DNA of 64,000 nt from Octopus vulgaris. Taxonomy: Eukaryota. Numbering within the stretch: the stretch's first letter is position 1; each line of letters begins with the position of its first letter. The notes below the pieces were generated by a model. The model was given only the letters and a program-made list of their open reading frames with translations, was not told where the DNA came from and ran no database searches. This document shows positions 27,771 through 41,604 of the stretch, in pieces. The translations under genes were made by a program, and so were the position numbers. The DNA lies in contig OX597827.1 in the NCBI GenBank assembly GCA_951406725.2, positions 59,830,001 through 59,894,000 of the forward strand. Reading direction: 5' to 3'.

Positions 27771-28377
27771 TATGTAATGTATGTGTGCTGTTATATACTT
27801 TTTGGCTGCAGTATTTCATTCAGAGAAGGTTCCGTTAAAGCGGTAGGGTGATAAAACAAATGTACAAAAAAAAACACACTTAAAGCCAGGTGAAACAAAT
27901 CACCCCGGAAGTATAAGAGAATGATAGATATCGGTGTTTCGCTGTTATTTTAACTCATTGCTACTGCGTGCTCGATTCACCCTCGAGGCGAATTCAAACC
28001 GCAGGCCGGAAGCAAAGTATATGATTAAAAAAAAATTTTTTTGGTCGACTTTGATCATCTTTGCCTTTCGTCCTGTCGGGGTCGATAAGATAAATACCAG
28101 TAGAGCACTGGGATAGATTTAATCGACTTAGATATCTCCCAAAATTGATAGCCTTGTGCCAAAATTTGAAACCAATATTATGGTAATATATTTCAAGCAT
28201 GGGTGAGTGTGTATGTGTGTGGAAATGTGTGTATTTAGCTATCCACTGCAATAATAAATTAATTCCTAACTGCTTTGTTCTAAGTTATAAGGACGTTAAT
28301 CTCACCAACACTGGTTGTCAAGTAGTGGTAGGGAACAAAGGCAGACATAAAGAGACGGCCCCAACACACATATATAC

Positions 28378-28890
<513 letters not shown>

Positions 28891-29529
28891 CAATACGCAC
28901 ATACGACAGTCTTCTTTCAGTCTACCAAATCCACTGACAAGGCTAAGATTGGCCTGAGGCTATAGCAGAGAATACCCGCCCACAGTGCCGCGCAATGGGT
29001 AACATGTGGTTGCGATGCAAAGATTTTACCACAAAGCTACGCCTGCGCTTAATTTGTTCATATTTTATATGAACGGTAGGTGTTCCAATATGAATCCTGC
29101 GTACACCAGCAAAATTCCTTTTTATATGAGTTTTCATTGATCTACTATTTATATTTTTTAAAACTCATAATGATGTGCTATTTTTTTCTTAATCTATTAA
29201 TGATTTATTAGTGTTTAATAATTGCATAATTAAAATTACGAGAAAATTTCAATGACCCGCAAATGCCCGCATGAAAAGTGATACAAAAATTATCACCAAC
29301 ACAAATTCTCTGACGGCTTCGTATTCCATATACACGCGCGTGCGCACACATACATTCACACAAGCGCATGCACAACCATAGACATTCTCACACTAGCAAA
29401 CACACACACACACACATGTGCATATACACACACAAAAGCACAGACATACATGAACGCCCCATAACACAGAACACTGCTTCACGCATGCGTCACTCTATCC
29501 TTCTCGTTCTCTCTCTGTCACTCTCAAAA

Positions 29530-29928
29530 ATTTGTCCTATGAAGGAAGGCTGAGGACGCTCGACCTTTATTCTCTTGAAAAACGCCGCCGCCGTGGTGAT
29601 CTCATTCTCGCCCACAACATCATAAGCGAAAAGTGTAACCTCTCGAAAGAGCTGTTCTTCACTCCTGCTCCAGAGCGTCGGCTGCGGGGTCATTCCGGAA
29701 AGCTCTACCTGCGACGATTTCATCTCAATCGAAGGAGAGGAGCTTTCTCCGTCCGGGTTGCGGATCCGTGGAACAAGCTGCCAGACGAGATGGTGAAGAT
29801 GCCGACGACCGCTTTGTTCAAGTGGCCTGAACTCTTTACATGAACACCACCCTGTACTTAACTCTATGTCCCCCTACATGGCCTTGCTATTTGCTTTTGA
29901 GCCAAATTAACTAACTAACTAACTAACA
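29530..29928 (+). pseudogene. CR1-type LINE 3' end (ORF2 C-terminus and 3' UTR)
   Basis: SYEGRLRTLDLYSLEKRRRRGDLI...RGHSGKL...FSVRVADPWNKLP is the typical CR1 ORF2 tail; ends in (CTAA)n. Confidence 0.9.
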
Positions 29929-29968
29929 TACACATGCGCGCACACACGCGCATATATATGTATGTATG

Positions 29969-30002
<34 letters not shown>

Positions 30003-30060
30003 TGTATGTATGTATGTATGTATGTATGTATGTATGTTAGTATGCATGTATGTATGTATA

Positions 30061-30869
30061 TAAATGAAGAAAAAGAAAATGGAGATAATGAAATTAAATT
30101 GATCATTACGCCTTACAGCTGTTTCAGTTATACACAGAGAAATTAATCAAATATTAAACTCATATTTCTGAGCATAATCTCTTCAGAGGGAAAAAAAATG
30201 TACCCTTAGATATTCTGTGTTTGTTTGTAGACTCATCACTCTGAAGAGATTATGATCAGAAACATGATTTTAATATTTAATAAATTTCTTTGTGTATAAT
30301 TGAAACAGCTGTAGGAGATAATGAGTGAAGGCGAGTGGCTTAGTGTTTAGGGGAATTCAGCTCACGATTATAAGGTCGTGAGCTCAATTCCCGGCGACAC
30401 GTTGTGTCCGTGAGCAATTCACTTTATTTCACCTTGCTCCAGCCCACTCAGCTGGCAAAAATGAGTAGTACCTGTATTTCAAGGAACCAGACTTGTCACA
30501 CTCTTTGTCACGCTGAATCTCCCCGAGAACTACGTTAGGGGTACACGTGTCTGTGGATTGCTCAGTCACTTGCACGTTAATTTCACGAGCAAGCTGTTCC
30601 GTTGATTGTATCAGCTGGGACACTCGTCGTCGTAACCGACGGAGTGCTCCTATACTATACTAGGGGATAATGATCAATTTGTTGCTGATAATAAACTCTT
30701 AAATTCAATATCTCCATTTTCTTCTTCATTTACATGAATATAAACAATGGTTTATTTACAAACCTATTATTTTATGGATATCAATTTCCCCCAAAATATT
30801 AGGCATTGAACCAGTATTTTCTTGGATGACACCAGCCATTCATGAGACGAACATAACCTCTAACTGAAT

Positions 30870-30873
<4 letters not shown>
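30061..30873 (+). mobile_element. hammerhead-bearing foldback element (family H5) with nested SINE
   Basis: Left arm 30061-30188 is inverted against 30239-30735; CTGAAGA gattat...ataatt GAAA CAGCTG TA at 30241-30313; tail to 30873, then (TA)n. Confidence 0.8.
30325..30660 (+). mobile_element. tRNA-derived SINE type C
   Basis: Head GAAGGCGAGTGGCTTAGTG...GAGCTCAATTCCC; TSD TAGGAGATAATGA / TAGGGGATAATGA. Confidence 0.85.
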
Positions 30874-30963
<90 letters not shown>

Positions 30964-31022
30964 TGTATGTATGTTTGTATATATGTATGTATGTATATAT
31001 GTATGTATGTATATGTATATAT

Positions 31023-31730
<708 letters not shown>

Positions 31731-32245
31731 TATACATATATGTAAGTAAATACGCGTTTGTATATATACATACATACAGATATGTATATATTCATGTAAG
31801 CCTGTATGTGTGCGTGCTCGTGTCTGTGTGAGGGGGCGTGTGTGTGTGAAGGAACGTGTGTGTGTGAGGGGGCATGTGTGTATGAGGGGGGGGCGTGTCT
31901 GTGTGTGTGTGTGCGTGCGTGCGTAGTGTGTCTACCAAGGGCAATATCATATCTTCTCCATTCGGCTGTGTGCCTACTCGTATCGGATTGAGCTTAAACA
32001 TTTCCCGCCTAATTGACTTTCTATCAAGCCCAAACGCTTCTATGGAGTGTGAGATAGGGATCCTGTTTTCTTTAGCATGCTAAAAGCTCCCTATATTTCA
32101 AGACTGACATTATAGAAAGTGGTCCCAAAGGGGTAGATAAGATTACATTTGCCGTTTACTAAATCTAGGGCGTACTGTTATCATGCAGCCCAAGTACATA
32201 ACGACGATTCGCTTTTTAAGAGGAAAAGTTATAAATATGAGTATG

Positions 32246-32314
<69 letters not shown>

Positions 32315-32317
32315 ATA

Positions 32318-32350
<33 letters not shown>

Positions 32351-32686
32351 GCACAAATGTACATACAAGCACACAGAAAGACAGACATATATTTATACAG
32401 ATAAACGTGTGTGTCTCTGTATCCGAATGTGTGTATATGCAAGTATATTCCCTTCGTTTTGTATGTATTTCTGTAGGTATATTACCAACAGTAATACGTG
32501 CACACATATATATCTATATATAGATATACATATATATTCACACACATATATATATGTATGTATGTATGTATACACGTGGGAGTGTGTAAAACTATGCGAA
32601 TATTTTCGTATGAATTACAAAATCTCTTTTCATCTCTGTAAATCTATGAATGAATATTTGTATACATATGTGTATGTGTGTGTATG

Positions 32687-32739
<53 letters not shown>

Positions 32740-32800
32740 GTGTGTGCGTGAGATATGAAAGATTTGTATTTGTGGGTGTATATGCTTGTTTCTGTGGAGG

Positions 32801-32861
<61 letters not shown>

Positions 32862-33339
32862 ATATATTTATACATGCATGCATTTATATATATGTATGTA
32901 TGTGTGTGTATGTATAATACACTCTTACATACAAATACATATATGTATATATGTGTATGTATGTATGTATGTATGTATGTATGTATGTATGTATGTATGT
33001 ATATATGTAGAGACATATACGTGCACATAAAAGACTATGCATGAAGCACACATTGAAATGGAAATGTATGTGCATTAATTAGAATACATACAGGTGTATA
33101 TGATTTTATATAAATATAAGCATGTACATATGCCCAAATGGATATATATATATATGTATATGTATATATGTATAGGATAAATATATATACTTATGTAGAT
33201 TTACATATATACGTACAGACACAGACACACACACACACAAAGACAGACATAGAGAAAGAAAGAGAGAAAGAAACAATGAGATACAGAAATTGACAGATGT
33301 ATATGTATTTATACACACATAGTCACTATATATTATAAT

Positions 33340-33479
<140 letters not shown>

Positions 33480-34020
33480 CACATATACTAAAGTCTGAAG
33501 GAACACCGGTATATAAGGGGATAGAAAACTATAAAGGATACAGCGGTGTCACTAGAAAGATATCCGCTTCGATTCCCATCAATGGAGACGTCACTTTTAT
33601 TCTCTTCCGACATTTTATTGTTTACATGCGATTATAAAGTTGCGTTCCTTGCATGAGGAAATCACCGGTATTACCGTATCATGTGTGTAGTTATGTATGG
33701 AAATTGTAGTTAGTCACATACAGATAGTTATATGCACACACACACACACACATATATATACGTACATGAATACGTACTCATGTAATTACATACAGATACT
33801 GACATGTATATATGCATGTATATATTTGTATGGTGTGTCTACCTGTGTGTATGTGAGCACGTATGTCTATGTATGTATAAATATATATATATATACATAT
33901 ACACATATATACATATATATACATATACACATATATATATACATATATATATACGTATATATATATACATATATATAATATATATACATATATAAACATA
34001 CATACATATATATATGTAGT

Positions 34021-34069
<49 letters not shown>

Positions 34070-34247
34070 CATATATACATACATGACTTAAAGGCTCCTA
34101 TTTCTAGTACTGTCTGTATACAAATGCTTATATATATATTATTAATTGCTGTCAAGGACACAGTATTTCTTTTTGATTCAATGATATACTTCTAAGTGTT
34201 TTGATACAGGTTTACGAGTCAACATTTTGTCTTACCTTGTGTTAGCA

Positions 34248-34620
34248 GTATACACCCATCACCTATATTTTCTATCTTCGATTCAATGTTTACATATAGC
34301 AATAAACTTAAAGATTACAAATATCGCACTGTTAACACAAGACGTGACACAGTATTGACTTGTAAATCTTTAGCATACTCGGTGTTGTATTATGGTTGCC
34401 TGCATTTAATACGTTCGTACCAGTTGTCAGAAATATATTTAATATTCCACTTGGTCACCCTAGTTGCGTTATACTTCTAAACTTAGTGGGTATTAAGCAA
34501 TGCTTTCGTGGATTGTTGTTGGGTTGGATGTGGTGCTGATGAAATAACAATAACTCTCGAAATATGTATACACACCAATTACCTATTTTTCTACTTTTAA
34601 TCGCAACGTTTACATTCACG
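34248..34620 (+). mobile_element. old retrozyme-like unit with degenerate direct repeat and hammerhead
   Basis: GTATACAC..ACCTA.TTTTCTA repeated at 34248 and 34566; ggtg CTGATGA...GAAA TATGTA TA cacacc at 34532-34576; helix II poor. Confidence 0.4.
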
Positions 34621-34799
34621 TATTTGTTTACGAAACGTCGTAACTCCTGAATTCAATAGCAAATCTAGAAAGACAAACTTAAAAAGTGATATATATATAT
34701 ATATATATGTATATGTAAATATGTTTATATATATATGTGTATATATATATGTGTATATATATATATATATGTGTGTGTGTGTATGTGTGTATAAACTGT

Positions 34800-35122
34800 G
34801 TGAAGGCGCATGGCTCAGTGGTTAGAGCGTCGAGCTTACGATCGTTAAGTTGCGAGTTCGATTCCTGGATCGGGCTGCGTGTTGTGCTCTTGAGCAAGAC
34901 ACTTTATTTCACTCAGCTGAGTTGCGACATCACTGGTGCAAAGCTGAATCGGCTTTTGCCTTTCCCTCGGATGACATCAGTGGTGTGGAGAAGGGGAGGC
35001 TGGTATGCATGGGCGACTGCTGGCTTTCCACAAACAACTTTGCCCGGACTTGTGTCTCGGTGGGGTAACGTTTTAGGTGCAATCCCATGGTCATTCGTGA
35101 CCGAAGGGGGGTCTCTTCCTCA
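34800..35122 (+). mobile_element. tRNA-derived SINE type C
   Basis: A box TGGCTCAGTGG and B box GAGTTCGATTCC; TSD TATAAACTGT at 34790-34799 and 35123-35132. Confidence 0.9.
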
Positions 35123-35696
35123 TATAAACTGTAGTTACCCGTTACTGCTGCAGGTTTCCCTTTGTCCAATACGATACTTCGCTTTTCTTACCCGCTTTTA
35201 CATTCTCAGTTTCTTTCTGGTGTATTTGTAGTCATCGTTATTAATCATATTGATTGCGCGCCTATCACACTGATATGCTCTCAATGTCCTTCCCCCATAA
35301 CCGCATATTAGTTGCATATGTATTAACTTCAATTTATCCAACATACTGAAATTTGGCCTATCCTTGTCATATTTAATTCCCGTTGCTTTTGAAGTATTAC
35401 AGTGAAAAATAACATAAATTTTCAAGTTTGCATATATCATATTTATTTCTACCATTTTTCATATTTATTAAATCCTGTTCGTTTATTTTTGTATAAAAAC
35501 TCACGGATTTTTATTATTTTCTTAATTCCTCATCGGACTTCTGTTTGTTTTTGCTTTTGACTAGTATTTCATATCGCTTTTTCTTACTCGCTTCTTGGCT
35601 TTCTTTGTGTCTATTATGTTTTGTCAATGTGGTAATTGAAAACGGGTTGGTCTGGCGTTCGTATTATAATCACACACACACCGTACGTACGTACAC

Positions 35697-35762
<66 letters not shown>

Positions 35763-36296
35763 TTCCAAAACAATATTATAGTACATTAAAAAGCAGTTAA
35801 GGTAACGGGGAAAACGAGAAAATAAAGTAATAATTAAGACACAAAATAAAAGCGAAATGTTGAAGAGATTTACACATGTGTCAACATTTAGCGAGACTAA
35901 ACCAAACTGAAAGTCAGATGAACTTACTAAATAAGTTATAAATATAATTGAAATACTCTGTTTATGATGAAGAAACCTACGTTGAATAATCGCTTTTCAG
36001 TTACAATGCTGATAAAATAATATAAGTAGGGCGGACAGACAAGCATATACACTCATAAACACATACAAAGGTATATATGTACAGTATGTACAAAAATAAC
36101 GACTTCCTCTTTAAGAGCACGTGTGTTTGAAAAGGTTTAACGAAAGCGCTCACACACTAGAAAAAAAAACTTCTTCCCCATCCCCAAAGGTTTGTAACAT
36201 CCTTATCAAAGATTTCATAACACATTTATAAAAAAATAATTCTTTTTTTTAATCACCTTTACACTTCAAAAACTGTATTAAGTACTTCCCATAGAC

Positions 36297-36397
<101 letters not shown>

Positions 36398-36480
36398 TAC
36401 ATACGTACATACACATACCCTCGTATAACAAGAAAGAGAGAGGGAGAATTCTTATAGATATGTGTGTATATATATATATA

Positions 36481-36810
36481 TAAGGAAAAATAAGAAAATG
36501 GAGATAAACTTGATAGTTGATAATATCAATTATTATTTGTTGATTATAAAAAGACAATATCTCATCTTACAGCTGTTTCTGTTCGCGCTATTTTGAGCGT
36601 AATGAAGCTTAATTATTAAAATAATAATAATTATCGTTGTAAATAATTATACCAACTTAAATAGAGGAACTTCATCAAAGCGGAAAAATAAAGAAAAAGA
36701 AAAGTGAAAGCAAGAGAAAAAGAGAAAATAAGGATATTCCATTTGATGTTACATGTTAACCCTCACAAAACCATTCGACCGACTGAAAAATGTTGTTGTA
36801 CAGTTAAAAT
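36481..36810 (-). mobile_element. family H5 element with degenerate hammerhead
   Basis: Starts AAGAAAATGGAGATAA like 30061; minus strand TTGATGA agttc...gaaca GAAA CAGCTG TA agatgag (36561-36678). Confidence 0.6.
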
Positions 36811-36813
36811 AAT

Positions 36814-37230
36814 TGGTCCCGCTTATATTACAGAGCAGTTACTGTTTATACCTCGCTTAGAGATTTATTATTGTTATCGAACAGATTTTCGACGCCAGTG
36901 ACTGTGTTTACAGTGAAAATCTATATATTTCTAGCCTGTGGAGGAAGTCCCTCAACGAAGAACGGTGTTTGCCATGCGCTGACGAGAGGCAATACCTCGA
37001 AACCGGTCCGTGTGTAACATCCGTTTCTTCGGGGAGGCTGATCTCCCTTTACAGGCTAGCAAGGACACCGTGATGGTGTCGGCTCTCCTGGTGACGTCTA
37101 TAGTCGCCTGGGGCTAAATGCATCAGTAACACCCCCACCACTCCGCCCTGTCCCTAGCCACATTCAGATGGCTGGTCCCGCTTATATTACAGAGCAGTTA
37201 CTGTTTATACCTCGCTTAGAGATTTATTAT

Positions 37231-37231
<1 letters not shown>
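36814..37231 (+). mobile_element. retrozyme-like element: 359-bp unit with 59-bp terminal direct repeat
   Basis: 36814-36872 is identical to 37173-37231; central hammerhead; ends in (TA)n; no ORF. Confidence 0.85.
36973..37014 (+). ncRNA. type I hammerhead ribozyme, intact core
   Basis: catgcg CTGACGA GAGG caata CCTC GAAA CCGG TC cgtgtg; GUC cleavage predicted after 37008; helix I extends to about 36931/37059. Confidence 0.9.
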
Positions 37232-37267
<36 letters not shown>

Positions 37268-37389
37268 TGTGTATATTATGTATTTAATAAGAGTTTAGTT
37301 CAGTCTGGTATAATTTAAAGCTTCGTAGATGCTGGTGATGTCCGCTCAGCAGAAGTTTGCAAATATCTGATGAGGTGGACACCTCGTAT

Positions 37390-37434
<45 letters not shown>

Positions 37435-37496
37435 GCAAACAGGCAGACAGACAGACAGACAGACATATAGATAGATAGATAGACAAACAGGCAGAC

Positions 37497-37563
<67 letters not shown>

Positions 37564-37916
37564 CATCTGTCTGTCTCTATGTTACTTTATGAGATGTAAG
37601 AGTTTGTTGGCGAGCTTGTATGCGCGCTCGCGCGCGCGTGTGAGTGTTTGTGTTCCTGTGAGCGTGCGTATGTGTATATACGTAACAGTCGGTGTATGTC
37701 CTTGTTCTTGGTTAATCCCAAGGAAACCCTGATCGAACACACCTATGATTAAAGACCTTCCTCCGTGACCGTGATCATTCCTCTTCCTATTGAAACAGTC
37801 TATCTAGGAATACATTATTCACGGTGCACTTCCCTTTTTTTTCCAAGACCATAGTGTGTGTGTGTATGAGTGTGTGTGTTTGTGTGAGTGTATGTGTATT
37901 TGGTTACTATTTATAG

Positions 37917-38383
37917 CAAGTTCAGTAACCATATCTAAGGCCCCTTCATCAGCTCGAAGGTGCTTCTACGTTGGGGTAGGGCTTCCAAACGCAGCCGCCA
38001 AAAGGTCAGGGAGTGCATTTACCACGTATCACGGAAGCAATGAGCTGGAAAATCATCAGTTTGGTTCGCAACACCACTCCCCAACAGCAACAAGAAGAAC
38101 TATATTAATAACAAGAACAACAACGATGACGATGCCGACAACAGGAACAGAAACAACAACCACAACAACAATATCAACCATATCAACGACAAAAACAACA
38201 ACAACAACAAGCAATAACAACGACAACAGGAACATCTCGTGCAACAGCAACAGCAATACTAAAAACAGCAGTTACAACAACAACATCAACAACAACAACA
38301 CGCGCAACAACTGCAACAGAAAAAACCCAGCGTTAATGAAAACAATAAATCCAGGAACAATCTCAGTAATAGCAACAACAATA

Positions 38384-38414
<31 letters not shown>

Positions 38415-38572
38415 ATAATAATAATAATAATAATAATAATGCTACTACTACTACTACTACTACTACTACTAGCAACAATGGCGAGAAGAATGTCTTTAAC
38501 AACTGCAATAATCAACAGCCTTCAAGCAAAATTTCACACTGCAACAATGGAAAGTTCTGGAAAGATTTTTGA
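37917..38572 (+). CDS. possible low-complexity (Thr/Asn-rich) terminal coding exon, product unknown
   Basis: TTTATAG acceptor at 37916; stop-free frame with non-repetitive ends (SSVTISKAPSSARRCFYVG... and ...HCNNGKFWKDF*); no recognisable domain. Confidence 0.3.
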
Positions 38573-38974
38573 GCGCCATTCTTGAACCGGTTTATTGTTG
38601 TTTCGGGGGTTCAATGAAGGGAAGAGCTGAGAAAAAAAACATCATAATAATGATAATAATGACAATAATAATAATAATAATGATGATGATGATGATGATG
38701 ATAATAAGTGATTGGACCAAAGCCGGTCCCACTAATTTAGGGACCGGTTCTCGTTCCTTTTACAGATTTTTATGGTGGCGGCATTTATAACTTGAAGAGC
38801 GGAGATAAACAGGAAGGGAAAACAGGAAGAAAGAGAAAAACGAACGAAAGAATAAAGGAATGAAGGAAGGAAAGGATCAATGAAAAAGAGGATATGGAGG
38901 ATGAGGAGTGAGAAATTAAGAAATGATGATGATGATGACGATGATGATGAGGACGATGATGATGATGATTAGCG

Positions 38975-39173
38975 TTAGGCTACCAATTTCGGGATAGGCG
39001 GGTAAGTCGATTCCATCGACCTCAGTGCTCAACTGGTACAAAATTTTTCGACCCTGAAAGGATGAAAAGGCAAAGTCGACCTCGGCACAATTTGAAACCA
39101 GAACATAAGGACAGACGAAAATGCCGCCAAGCATTTTTCCCAGCGCTGTAACGAATCGGCCAGCTCGCCGCCT
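38975..39173 (-). mobile_element. SINE type B
   Basis: GGATGAAAAGGCAAAGTCGACCTCGGC...GCCAGCTCGCCGCCT. Confidence 0.8.
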
Positions 39174-39187
39174 AAGCATTAATAATG

Positions 39188-39259
<72 letters not shown>

Positions 39260-39400
39260 TAGTACAACACCAAAAAAACCCCCAAATATATGGCACACTA
39301 GGCATAACAACAACATGGAACTTCCAACCTGTTGTCTCTTGAGTTCCCTGGGTGAGACTTGGAGCCAACTTGTACAAATATAAAGCAAAAGTCAAACATA

Positions 39401-39463
<63 letters not shown>

Positions 39464-39500
39464 TAACAATAACAATAATAACAATAATAATAATAATAAT

Positions 39501-39597
<97 letters not shown>

Positions 39598-39900
39598 TGT
39601 AACAATGAAGATTGTCACAATTGACCTAAACACCTACCTGAAAAACTCTGAGGACTGGATGTTAAAACTTGTCTCAAAGCATGAAAACAAGAAAGCATCA
39701 TACTCAGTATCAAAACAGGCAAAGGAATTTCTAAGTGAATTCCAAATACCAGAAATTCCAGAATTAGACGAACTGGAAAAAATGCACAGAAAAAGCTTAG
39801 CGTATGAAAACCCGTGCTAAAACTGTGCAAATACTCAAAGAGAGCTAATAATGGCGATGTTGACAAAGCCCTTGCTCATCAATGGTTAGTGTTTTCTGGA
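39260..39900 (+). pseudogene. Dong/R4-clade non-LTR retrotransposon fragments in (TAA)n arrays
   Basis: LNTYLKNSEDWMLKLV...KQAKEFL and RANNGDVDKALAHQWL resemble the post-RT region of R4/Dong; 39260-39402 is a TAA-tailed 3' end; Dong elements are known to target TAA. Confidence 0.6.
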
Positions 39901-39934
39901 TAGGTTTGAAAAGGGCGCATAAAAATTTTTTTTA

Positions 39935-40480
39935 ATAATTACCAACACAGGGACATGTATCATACATAAAAATGAAGTTGGTCCTCTGTGGATCAAATCC
40001 CTACTTCTCAAGATAATCACCGTCTCCCTCTGTAGCAATGTTCCACCTTCGAATGAGAGCATGTATCCCTGCCCCGTAAAATACTGTTGACTGTTCTTTG
40101 AGCCACTTTTTCACTACAGTTTACACTTCCTCGTCACTGGACTATCATCGTCACTGGACTATCATCGTCACTGGACTATCATCGTCACTGGACTATCATC
40201 TCGTCGGCCGCATAAAAGAGGGTTCGAGAGGCAAACATTATTCCAGTGAAAACTGTAGTGAAGAAGTGGCTCAAAGAACAGTCAACAGAATTTTACGGGG
40301 CAGGGATACATGCTCTCATTCAAAGGTGGAACATTGCTATTGATAGAAATGGTGACTATGTTGAGAAGTCGGGATGTGATCCGCAGAGGACCAGCTTCCT
40401 TTTGATGTATGATACATGTTCCTGTGTTGGTAATTATACCTGTCCTAAACAAAATGGCATTACTTTTTGACTCACCCTCG
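39935..40480. mobile_element. foldback of a mariner 3' end with central 17-bp tandem repeat
   Basis: KTVVKKWLKEQSTEFYGAGIHALIQRWNIAIDRNGDYVEK present on both strands; terminal GGCATTACTTTTTGACTCACCCTCG-TA. Confidence 0.8.
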
Positions 40481-40646
40481 TATTTAAGTATTGCTTGTAT
40501 TTAATTATCCAGGAAATACACAGATCTGAGCAGAATGTCTTACCTGTGCTAATATCTATAGGCAACAGTTTTAGGGTGTCATAACTTCATGGAAGGGTTT
40601 AGTGAACCCCCAGATTTCTTCCTCCCTCTCTCTGTATATATACAGT

Positions 40647-40935
40647 GGGCAAGTGTCTTCTGCTATAGACTCCGGCCGACCAAAGCCTTGTCAGTGGATT
40701 TGATAGACGGAAACTGAAAGAAGCCCGATGTATAGATGTATATATATGTATATGTTTGTGTGTGTGTGTTTGACAACCGATGTTGGTGTGTTCACGTCCC
40801 CGTAACTTACCAGTTCGGCAAAAGAGACCGATAGAATAAGTACTAGGCTTATAAAGAATAAATCCTGGGGTCGATTTGCTCGACTTAAAGCGGTGCTCCA
40901 GCATGACTGTAGTCATATGATTAAAACAAGTAAAA

Positions 40936-41002
<67 letters not shown>

Positions 41003-41026
41003 AAATTAATATATATATATATATTA

Positions 41027-41062
<36 letters not shown>

Positions 41063-41432
41063 TTTTACTTGTTTTAATCATATGACTACAGTCATGCTGG
41101 AGCACCGCTTTAAGTCGAGCAAATCGACCCCAGGATTTATTCTTTATAAGCCTAGTACTTATTCTATCGGTCTCTTTTTGCCGAACTGGTAAGTTACGGG
41201 GACGTGAACACACCAACATCGGTTGTCAAACACACACACACAAACATATACATATATATACATCTATACATCGGGCTTCTTTCAGTTTCCGTCTATCAAA
41301 TCCACTGACAAGGCTTTGGTCGGCCGGAGTCTATAGCAGAAGACACTTGCCCAAGGTGCCACGCAGTAGGATTGAACCCGGGACCATGTGGATGGGAAGC
41401 AAGCTTCTTTTCACACAGCCACGCCTGCGCCT
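40647..41432. mobile_element. inverted near-identical pair of SINE type A
   Basis: 40647-40938 (+) is the reverse complement of 41061-41352 (-); the minus copy continues to the SINE head at 41432. Confidence 0.9.
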
Positions 41433-41455
41433 ATATATATATATATATTTATATT

Positions 41456-41556
<101 letters not shown>

Positions 41557-41604
41557 TGTATGTATGTATGTATGTATGCATGCATGCATGTATGTGTCTA
41601 TATA

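Noticed and set aside
37366-37390. CTGATGAGGTGGACACCTC
   Set aside because: The 5' core and a hairpin are present, but no GAAA follows before the (GATA)n tract.
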